From the human T2T-CHM13v2.0 reference genome, Homo sapiens, in assembly GCF_009914755.1 (NCBI RefSeq), contig NC_060935.1: a stretch of DNA of 64,000 bases, one strand, 5' to 3'. This document shows, one piece after another, positions 53,872 through 64,000 of the stretch. Each line of letters opens with the position of its first letter. Positions within the stretch are counted from its first letter, which is position 1. A model generated the notes under the pieces. The model was not told the DNA's origin, searched no databases, and saw only the letters and a program-made list of their open reading frames with translations. The position numbers were made by a program, and so were the translations under genes.

Positions 53872-55432
53872 AGAGGGAGAATCAATCCATCACCTCAAGC
53901 ATTTATCCTTTGTGTTACAAACAATCCACTTACACCCTTTTAGTTATTTTACAATGTACAATTAAATTAGAAAATAGATATTTTTAAGTTACTATGAATT
54001 GGAGATGGAGTTTTTTTTAAGAATTTTCCCTGTGATCTCTTTCCTTTTTAATTTTCTATGACTTACTCTCTGAAAAGCCCAATACTTTTAGAAAGCAGGT
54101 GTCATGTCATATAATTGCAGTTCTCCTTTTAAAATTTAATTTTGTTTCCGTTCCCTTGTTATTTTTTCCCTGTCAACACTACCAATAGTTGCACTCACAA
54201 ATAGGCAGTAACCCTTGCCTGCATGCCTAGTGCTGTTTTCCTGTATTCATTTTGCTTCTGATTAAACACATTTGTATTAAGAGTGTACTTGTAGCACAGC
54301 CACTTTCTACATGAAAGGAGAATTTTGTTGTGGTGATGAATATTGTTTTCCAGTAGATAAAATAATTTCTAAATATCTTCTCTATTAGCTCGATATTTTC
54401 AACCAGGCTTCATCCTAGATAAAAGATCCTAACTGAATGTAGCAGGAGATCATCGTCCCTTACAGGCTTCCAGGAAATGCTCTCTTCACTGTCAATTATT
54501 TATATTGTGAACATCCAGGCAAGGAGACTGCATAGCATTCTGCTTTTGTATTTTTCAAATTTGCCTCATCTTTGTGATGTGGAAATTTGTATGGTGATGA
54601 AGAAAGTACACATTCATCTAATGAGTGAGAAATAAATAGTTTTTATTTTTTGAATACATTTTGGTAGTTGGGGTTAGATGTGATGGAATTAATGTTTTGT
54701 CTCTAATGTCCTAGGACCTAGTGTAGGACCTATTTATTCCAAGTACTCTGCCTATGTTATCCCAATTCATTCTTCACAAATATCTTACGAGGGAACTGTC
54801 AACCCATTTTAACATGAGGCTTAGAGTAGTTAAGTAACTTGCCTGAGGTTGCATAGCTAAGACATGATGGAGTCTGAATGTAAGACCAAGTTGTCCTTGT
54901 GTTCTTTACACTGAAACACACTTCTCTTCACAATCTAAACATGTTAAAGTGATCAAGTGGAGAAAAAGAATGAAATAAGAATTATATTCTTTATTCAGCC
55001 TGACACATTTTAATTGGCAAGGAAATACTAAATCAGTTAGTTGTTCTAGAATTGAACCACTTACATTATAATTTTTATTTAAGAAACACAAACTGCTTTT
55101 TAAAAAGCAATGAAAGGCTTTAGAAATGTATCAGTTTTCTAACATAATTATTTGTCTGTGTGTGTGAGCAAGTGTGGGAGAAAAGAAAGAGAAAGAGAAA
55201 TGGGGTGGGGTAGACTTATGGGCACGCCTGTGTGAACACACACATTCAGCTATTATTCTAAAGTGGAAATCACTCCCCAGCAACATATTCAGAAATTTAG
55301 CTGGGAGATAGAAGGGTAGGAAGCCACAAAACAACATTTAGGAAATTACTAGCAAAGTAAAAATCCTGGTGATTAAAAACAAAAAGAAAAAAAAGGGGAG
55401 GCACAAAAGACACTTGAAACCAAGTGCAACAA

Positions 55433-55446
55433 GTTACCATGGCAAC
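55433..55446. promoter_or_regulatory. RFX X-box GTTACCATGGCAAC
   Basis: Near-perfect palindromic X-box consensus GTTRCCATGGYAAC in unique sequence. Confidence 0.65.
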
Positions 55447-57441
55447 TAGATAATGTGGGTTGAGATTTATATGACTCCATTGTTCCAGCAGAGAAATTCT
55501 AAATGACACCCTAGTGGCCTGACAGAGTCGATGCATCTCCCAGAATGCTCCGGCTTATTACTCAAGAGTGCTTTAGGCACAGAGAAAGAACAAGATCACA
55601 GTAACTTTGTCAGTTCCAGCCTTCCTAAGACACTTGTTTCTTCATTCTGGAGGCAAAACATTCTCAATTTCTGGAGCCAGTCCTGACCAAGCTTAGCAGA
55701 ATATTAGCATTCTTATATTTACCTGTGGTTGAGGATAGCATTTACCTTACTGTCTGAAGTACGTGATCCAGTATGAATGGAATCAGCTTTGGGCACCTAA
55801 ATCCCTCTTTGTTTTTCTGCTGGAACAGTAGTCTGCCCTGATTCCCAGGCAACTTTAGCTAAGGCTCTAAAATTCTGACTAATCATTACCATTGTTAATT
55901 AACAACACCATCAGCACAACAATCTAGTATTCATAACAAATATTTGTTGAAAATATATTACCTCTAATGCTAATTAACAAACCCCAAAGTAGTTATCATC
56001 TATAGATGCTCATATGTTTTTATTACTTTGCTACACATGAATGGCAAACTGAGGCTAAGAAAACTTAAGTGACCAAGGTCCCAAAACAGCCAAAATTTGA
56101 TTTCAGAAATGACAACAAAACCATTGCCAGGGGGATTTATCTTACTACATCAAATCTTGGCTGTGGTTGGGTCCAGGTCCACCATTTTAACATAAACACT
56201 AACAGGAATAAAAGACACACAGAATATTATGGCTTGGTCCTGTTGTACCCCATTTACTGCATGGGCAGGCTGAGATATCAGGGACAGCAACTCCAGTCCA
56301 AATTAAGTCCAAATTAGCCATGCTCCTATTACCTCTGAATATTAGATCACTAGTTGAGAAAACAGGCTGCCCTATTTCTAGGTTCATTATCTTAGCTGGA
56401 ACTCCATCCGTTTCTTGCTTCTCACTCTTTCTCACTGACCCTCAATGGAAGGAAAAAATAAAAAAGGAGGAGGCAATTAAGATGTTTAAGCATCTATTAT
56501 GTGCTGGGCACTCTATTTGAATATGTTATCTCATTAAATTCCTACCAAAAAATCTATAGGCTAATTATTTTCCTTTCTATTTTACATATATGAGAACTAA
56601 GAATCAGCAGATAAATAATTTCCAAGGGTTATACAGTAATTATTAGGGTTTAACCAAGTTTCTTTGACCCTAGTCCCTTGCCTTTTGTCCCTTAACCCTT
56701 GGCATTCCTCTCAACATAGCTTGTTCAGATTATAATTATGTTTAGAGCTGGAAGGGACCAGAGCATGATCAATTTTAAGAGATGTAATTAGTCAATATGA
56801 AAGTACTATTAAAAGTAATCAAAATAGAGAAAACAGTAGGAGTTAGCTGCATAAATTAAAACAAACTTATGCATAGCCTTATATCCTCCAATATGTAATT
56901 CTAAACAAGGGGATTTTTTTTTATAAAAGAGATTTTCCTTTTTTTTTTTTTAGGAACAGGTGTGCATAGATTAGGAATTTCTATTATGCCAAGGTTTCAT
57001 TCGTTGCAATAAATAAGCTCCCATTTTGTAGAGAAACAAGGTAGTTAATAAGCAAACCAGTAATGGCAGCTTTTGGTGTGACTATTTCCTGATACCACCA
57101 AGCAGTTTCCTCCAAGTGAGACTAGTTGAAGCCATGCTTGGAGATATAACTGTTATTAGAACTGCCCATTTCCCTCATTTGGTACAGTAAAGGTTAGTTT
57201 CTTCCCTCAGAGTGGAATTAGGTAATCATTAGCCATCTTCCATGTCACAGAGGTAATACTATTAGGGCATAAATTAATACACATAGTTAAAATTTTAATA
57301 TAAACTTGAACAGTATTAGAAGTTAGACCACTATTTTTCATGTTACACTTCTGTAATATGAACTTCTTTGGAAAAAAAAATAAAAGCAAGTTACCAGTTT
57401 CCAGTAGAGCAAAATGTGAATAAATTTAACAACTATACTGT

Positions 57442-57525
57442 GTTATCATAGCAACCAATTTAAAAAAAAACTGATATGATAAAAAATGACACAAGAGAAC
57501 AAATGTATCAAGTTGTTATGGCAAC
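57442..57525. promoter_or_regulatory. Two further X-box-like sites (GTTATCATAGCAAC at 57442-57455; GTTGTTATGGCAAC at 57512-57525)
   Basis: Both fit GTTNYY-AT-RGCAAC and are 70 bp apart. Confidence 0.5.
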
Positions 57526-58727
57526 TGGGGAACGTGGGTTGAAATTTATGTATCTAGAATCCAAGAGAATATTCTAAGCAACTAAAATAAACATTTGCTT
57601 ATTAAAACATCCCCCAAATAGCACTTACCTATAAGCATTGAAGTGTTTTCATTATTTTGTCTGCTTTTTCTTTTATTTCCAATGGATGATTTTATATTGT
57701 GAGCATTTGTATTTTCAGTTCAGCTTACTTTTTGGCAACAGATACACCAAGATGCAGTTTGGTTTGCAGAAAATGGTGCAAAAGCCAATTTCAAAATAGC
57801 ATCCTCAATCATGTTTTACCCTTTTACTCTTCTCTTAACAAAATGTCTATTCTATCTGCTTTTTCTTTATAAAGAAGCTCTTGCTTACTTGATCAATCAA
57901 ATTCATTATGTTATCTTTACCTGATTTTGGAAGTCTTCCCATTAGACAGGATATGGGTTAAAGAATTATATAATAAATTTGGATATTTAGGAAGTCTTCC
58001 ACTAATTTATGCACGCACACTTTTCTTTTAGTAGCATAACTGGTTGTTTTGGACTAAATGTTCTAATGGCATCTGCAGTTTCTACAGAACTTTGCCCATG
58101 CTCATGTAGAGTATCTCATTGTGAGAGCAGGAAAGGTGAGATTCTCTCATGACTCCATGCATTTTTGTAAAACCTTTTCCCAGTGCCACTAATACTCTTT
58201 TTTCCACCCTTCTATCTGCTTGGCTGATTCTTAATCATAACTTTCCACTGTCTACCCATTTGAGCTAAGTGTCCCTCACCTTTGTCCTCATAACACCCTC
58301 TGCATACTTACAGCTAAGTGCCATCATCCTCATCGAAATCAACATAATTAACATAATCATTATCACATATATTACATATTAAGCATTATCTGTATGTTAG
58401 TGACTGCTAACTACTTCCCAAATATCATTTCATTTAATCTTCACAAAAGCCATGTAAGGTAGATATAATTACCGCCACTTCTCTATTTCATAGGTAAGGG
58501 AAAACTGAGGCCTAGAGTTTGTCACTTGATTTAGGTCACATACTAAGTTACAGCCAAGAGATTTTAATCCATGTCAACAAAATACCAAAGCTCATTTCTT
58601 TATCATTTAGTTAGTCACTAAAATTTTTTCTTTAGTTTGTTTTGACATTAAACTATGAACTTTTTGAGAATTTCCATGTGCCTACACTGTAGATTTTCTG
58701 AACACATGTCTTATCTCTGGTATCTCC

Positions 58728-59030
58728 TGCACTGTTAAATAGAGACATAATATGAACCACAATTGTGAGCCATAGTAAAATTTTGTATTTTCTAGTAGCT
58801 GTATTAAAAAAGTAAAAAGAAACAAAATTAATTTAAATAATATATTTCATTTAACTCAATATATGCAAACTATTACCATTTCTACATGTAATCAATATAT
58901 AATTATTAATGAAGTATTTTACATTTCTTTTTTAGTACTAAGTCTTTGAAATCTGTTGCATATTTTATATGTATCCAACATCTCAATTTACACATGCAGC
59001 TTTAGTGGCTACCATATTGGACAGAGCAGC
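58728..59030. mobile_element. MER33-like (hAT-Charlie) DNA transposon
   Basis: ttttctagtagctgtattaaaaaagtaaaaagaaac...gtggctaccatattggacagagcag. Confidence 0.75.
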
Positions 59031-60099
59031 TTTAACTCATGCCTGATAAGTAGATATGTAAAGAATGTTCAATACAAGTTTTGTGGAATGAATAAATAAA
59101 TGGGCAAATACATAGAAATGGAGAATTTTAGATTTGTATTTATAGAATGACCCAATTTACCTTTATGGAACTTTTAACAGTTTGTTTATGAGGAAGCTAA
59201 AAGTGGCTATTTTAAGACAGAACATAGATACGTAGTAGTGTATTCATGTTGTGATAATTCCAGGATTACTGTCACATCCTGACCTATCATGGAGAATTGC
59301 CTGCCCAGACACTTGTGTATGCTGAAATCCATAGCGGTGTATCATTAGTCAGCTCAAAAAGCCTCCCATTTTTAGAACATGTGTTTTCCATTCTCAGGCT
59401 CGGGTTTCAAGTTATAATTCATCATATATTTCATTTTAAAAACTCCTTTAGATCATTTTAATCAATGCCTATTAACAGTAAGTTAAGAATATACATTTTA
59501 AATTAAATCAAAATCAGCCCATATCGATAATGAATAAATAAAGTATATCTCAGAGTATCCCCCTTAAAGAATATTTTTATATTAAAGCCCTGGATGTGCT
59601 GACACCACACTGAATATTACTGGTAGAAATAATCAACATTTTAAAAATCCATTTACATGATAACAGATATACTGAACATTGTAATATCTTTGCAGTCAAA
59701 AAACCAACCTCGAAATCACATCTCAGTGGCAATACTGAATATTACTAAAACACTGGCCCAGGGGGGAAATCTATAGAATAAAACCGGCAATTGCTAAGAC
59801 TTTACATAATAAAATTATCCTTGACTAAAAATAAACCGAAGAAAAACATCAGGGAATGAGAATATGGTGATTACTCTAGAAAACTTTAAAAAATTCTTCA
59901 GAATACCTATATGAAAAGCCAAAGGGGGAGAAAAGAACAAATAAAAATATGGCTGTCATGACCTAACGGTTCATTGCCTATTAGGATGGGACCCACTGAC
60001 TTATCTTACAAGGGAACTGCCAATTCTGCTTTTAATGTTATTAATTTGAGTGCTAACTATAATAGACATGATTAAAAATATATCGAATTAGAAAAAAAA

Positions 60100-62345
60100 G
60101 GAAGTATAAAAACTAGACAAAATTGCTAAAAATAACAATTTCAGGACTCTGGGAAATGACCAAAAGTGTACAACAAATTGAGAAATGTTTATTCATGAAA
60201 AACTACTCAACTACAGGTAAGAGAGTGGAAATTAGTGTCAGCGTTGACTGGGCATGCTCCCATCTCCACTCCATCCAGCTCAGTTTGCTAGTTCTATTAG
60301 GATGGGAAAAGTAGTAAGAACCAGTATCTTTGCAGCCTAAGGGAACTCGCTTGATTTGGAGTGGAACATGAGAAAAAAATCCACACTCAGTGGCATTGGC
60401 AGTAACAGTAACAGTCTCAGTGGCAAGCAAAAGGAATAAACAGTGGCTCCAGTGACCTTAGGTTGTAGTGCTGGTTGGGGCATGCAAAACATCAGCAGAC
60501 TAATTGGTAGTTCAACAGGAAGATCCACGAAATGAGACGGCCATAAAGGGCCTTGATAAGCTATTCACACCACCCTGCTGATGGGAAAGTCTTAAAACTG
60601 TTCAGGAGAGATTAGAGAAGGCCTTAGTCTCTCTATGTGTCCCTGGCTGAATATAATCCACAAGCGCAGAGGAGACATGGGAATAGAGGACCTAAAGAGA
60701 GTAAAAGTTGGCAATGGCTTGTAAACTACTTGAACTATGAATGGAATCCCCAAACCAAACACAGATCCATCAGTAGAGGGTGGAAGCCTTGCTGATTCAA
60801 GATATTTAGGCACAAACTCTAACCAAATATTGGCTGACCACTAAGCTATGCTGACATAGGGGTGACCCATAGAAAGCCAGGATTTCAAACAAAAGTAAAT
60901 ATTAAAATCCTGCAGGGAAAGAGATTACATAGATTGAATGCAGGAAAGTTGCAAACAAACAAAACACAAGCAATAACAACCATCAGAGTGGGAGGCAGAA
61001 TCTAGATTTGCTATAATCTGGTATCTAAAATGTCTAGTTTTTTTAAAAACAGACAAGCAAAGAAACATGAAAGCGTGATCCATGCTCAAGAGAAAAGCAG
61101 TCAACAGAAACTCTCTTAATGAATACACAATAGACCTAACAATGACTTTAAAGCAAATATTACAAATATATTATAAGAATTAAAGCCCATTTTTAAAAAA
61201 TTAAAGTATGACTATAATGACTCAACTAACAGAAAATCTCAATAAAAATGAAGCAATTGTTTTAAAAATTTAAGTGGAAATTCTGAAGTATAACATTTAA
61301 TAACTGAAATTTAAAACTCACTAGAGAGACTCAACAACAGTTCTGAAATGTCAGAAGAAATTATCAGTAAACTTGAAGATTAGAAATGATCTAACCTGAA
61401 GAACAAAGAGAAAATGAAGAAAAATTAACAGAGCCTTGGAGACCTCTAGGACAACATCAAACACACCAACACAAGTAACGGGAGTCCCAAAAGGTGAAAA
61501 CACTGGGAAACAGACAGTAAAAATAAGCCCCAAGCTTTTAAAATTTGATAAAAACTGCTAATCTATAGATCCATGAAACTGAACAAAACCAGAATAGAAA
61601 AAATGCAAAGCAATATCCATCTAAATACATCACAGAAAAACTGTTGAAAGAAAAAGAGAAAATTTTTAAGGCAGCAAGATAAAAAATATGACTCATTAAG
61701 TACAGAGAAACAGCAATATGATTAATGGCTGACTTCCCATAAGAAAGAATGGTGGCTAAAAGACAGTGGAATTATATATCAAAGTGCTTAAAGTTAAAAA
61801 CAAAAACAAAACCTGTCAACCAAAACCTCCTCGGGAAAATTATTCTTCAAAAAGGAAAACAAAATAAAGTCATTCCCAGATGAACAAAAATAAAAAAAAT
61901 TCATTCCTAGAGACCTAAAAACTGGAAAGAACATTTGTCCATCAGTGGCCAAATAGTTATACAAACCATGCTGTATCTATTCAATGGAATGCTATTTGGC
62001 AATATAAAACAACACACTATTGATACACACGACAACTTGAATGTATCTCAATGGCATTATGCTGAGTGAAAGAAGCTAGTCTCAAAAGATTATATAGTGT
62101 ATGCTTCCATTTACATATTTTTCAAAAACACAAAACTATAGCAATGAGGAAGAGATCAGTGGTTGTCATAGACTAGATGTGGTTGGAGAAGGTGATTATA
62201 GAGAGTTAGCAAAAGGAAAGAGGGTTTGAGGAATTAAAATTGTCTTATATCTTGATTACAATGATGATTACATATGTTAAAATTCAAAGACCCATGTACC
62301 AAAAGGCATCTTTACTTTATAATAATTGGAATAAAATAAAATAAA
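60100..62345 (+). mobile_element. Old L1M fragments (5'UTR/ORF1 to ~61915; 3'UTR piece ~61920-62345)
   Basis: ORF1-like motifs (cagagccttggagacctctaggacaacatcaaac; aacctgtcaaccaaaa) and 3'UTR motif cattatgctgagtgaaagaagctagtctcaaaag. Confidence 0.65.
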
Positions 62346-62391
62346 ACCAAGAAAACCCACATAGTTGAACACTACACTCACAATGAATGTA

Positions 62392-62548
62392 TTTTTTTTT
62401 TCTTAGAGACAGGGTCTCATTCTCACCCAGACTGGAGTACAGCAGTGTGATCATAGCTCACTGTAGTCTTAAATTCCTGAGCTCAAGAGATCCTTGCACC
62501 TCAGCTTCCTGAGTAGCTAGGACTACAGATGTGAGCCACCTTGACTGG
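62392..62548 (-). mobile_element. Alu monomer (FLAM/AluJ-like)
   Basis: Poly-T, then gagacagggtctc...atcatagctcactgtag...gctcaagagatcc...gtgagccacc. Confidence 0.75.
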
Positions 62549-62904
62549 AGGATGTATCTTATAATGTATAAATTATACTTCAGTAAAGCTGTAAATAAAT
62601 AAAAGTTACTGTGAAACTGAATCTAATTCAGGCAGGACTTCTAATGCTTTAGACCCTTCAGAAATGAAAGTTTGTTCATCCTAGCAAAGGATCATGAATA
62701 AATAGTTCAGGTACTCAAATATGTGTAATCAGTATAGAAAATTTCACAAAAAGAATTGAGTTGATTTAATAGAATTTACCTCCCAAAACACTTCCTTGAA
62801 CCAAATTACTGGTATAGTTTTCTTAAAAGTATTCACAATCATACACATTGTTTAAACATTCTCAGGGTCAGAATAGCTCGGACTAAACTAAGTAGCTCCT
62901 GAGT

Positions 62905-63723
62905 CAAAATGATATATCACATACCAGAATCTCTGGAAGACAACTACAGATGTGTTAAGAGGAAAGTTTACAGCAGTGAACACCTACAATGAAAAGTTAG
63001 GAAGATCTAAAATCAACAACCTGACATCACCCCTAAAGGAGCGAAAAAAAAACAAGAGCAAATCAGCTCCAAAGCTAGCAAAAGAAAAGCAAATAACCAA
63101 GATAAGCTACACTGAATGAAATTGAGATGTAAAATTCATTTGAAAAAAATCAATGAAACCAAAAGTTGGTTTTCTGAAAAAATAAACAAGATTGATAGAT
63201 TGCTAGCTAGATTAATAAAGAAAAAGAGAAGATCCAAATAAACACAATCAGAAACGACAAAGGTGATATTAACATCAACCCCACAGAAATACAAAAGCTC
63301 TGTTATGAACACCCCTATGCACATAAATTAGAAAACCTAAAAGAAAAATGTTTGATATCACTAATCATTACAGAAATTCAAATCAAAACCACAATGAAAT
63401 ACCATCTTACACTGGTCAGAATGATTATTAAAAATTCAGAAAATGACAGATGTTGGTGATGTTGTGAAGAAAAGGGACAATTATACACTTCTGGTGGGAA
63501 TGTAAACTAGTTCAGCCACTGTGGAAAGTACTCTGGATATTTCTCAAAGAACTTAAAACAAAACTGCCATTCAACCCAGCAATCTCGTTACTGTCATTAC
63601 TGGGTACATACCCAGAGGAATATAAATCATTCTACCAAAAAGACACCTGCACTCATATGTTCATTGCTGCACTATTCACAATAGCAAAGACATGGAATCA
63701 ATCTGGGTGATGAAATCATTTGT
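62905..63723 (+). mobile_element. L1P fragment with two internal deletions
   Basis: A mid-ORF2 piece (62905-63345) is joined to the ORF2 end (63346-63704), which is joined to a late 3'UTR piece. Confidence 0.7.
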
Positions 63724-63724
63724 C

Positions 63725-63744
63725 TATATGCATGCGCGCGCGCG

Positions 63745-63807
<63 letters not shown>
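63725..63807. repeat. Compound (CG)n(CA)n alternating purine-pyrimidine tract
   Basis: tatatgcatgcgcgcgcgcgcacgcgcgcacaca...cacgt. Confidence 0.92.
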
Positions 63808-63810
<3 letters not shown>

Positions 63811-64000
63811 GATATATTCCCAATGAAGAACAACAACAAAATGGCGTATGGTGTATCGTAACTTTCCGTACTCTTTGCTAAGACTTTTTGGACCCAGTAG
63901 TGGAAGGAAATAACAGAAGTTAAACTCTCTACCACTTTTTTTAAGCAAAACTATGTAATCGATTTCACTCCCACCACACACCACACCCCCACCAACACAC

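Noticed and set aside
55504-55519. CTCF-like motif (ggccactagggtgtca on the minus strand)
   Set aside because: Mismatches in the GGC core. Not supportable without ChIP data.
57620-57640. Minus-strand consensus donor TAG|GTAAGT suggesting a cryptic exon
   Set aside because: I found no convincing upstream acceptor or reading frame, and such hexamers are common in large introns.

Overview
Primate (almost certainly human, since it carries an AluYa5) genomic DNA: AT-rich, repeat-dense, intronic. I recognise it as part of the DLG2 (PSD-93/chapsyn-110) locus, transcribed on the minus strand. A 96-nt phase-0 coding exon at 27239-27144 translates to LTDCSGSKENASCIEQNKENQSFENETDETTT, which matches my recollection of the long DLG2 N-terminus. 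About 22 kb downstream is a non-repetitive, promoter-like island (~5000-6800). It ends in a strong-Kozak ATG, 10 codons (MDCLCIVTTK) and a splice donor. That decapeptide is the palmitoylated N-terminus of PSD-95-alpha, so this appears to be an alternative coding first exon of DLG2 that the ORF track misses. It is the most interesting signal in the window. The rest is a layered transposon record: two full-length dead L1s, several truncated L1s, a near-complete HERV-L provirus, a THE1A solo LTR, a cluster of ERV1-type solo LTRs, Alus, MIR/L2 and DNA-transposon relics. There is also a small cluster of RFX X-box motifs at 55.4-57.5 kb. Nearly all ORFs in the supplied track are repeat-derived or spurious. 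Repeat subfamily names come from recalled consensus sequences, and boundaries of old repeats are approximate. I see no convincing wholly new biological system.
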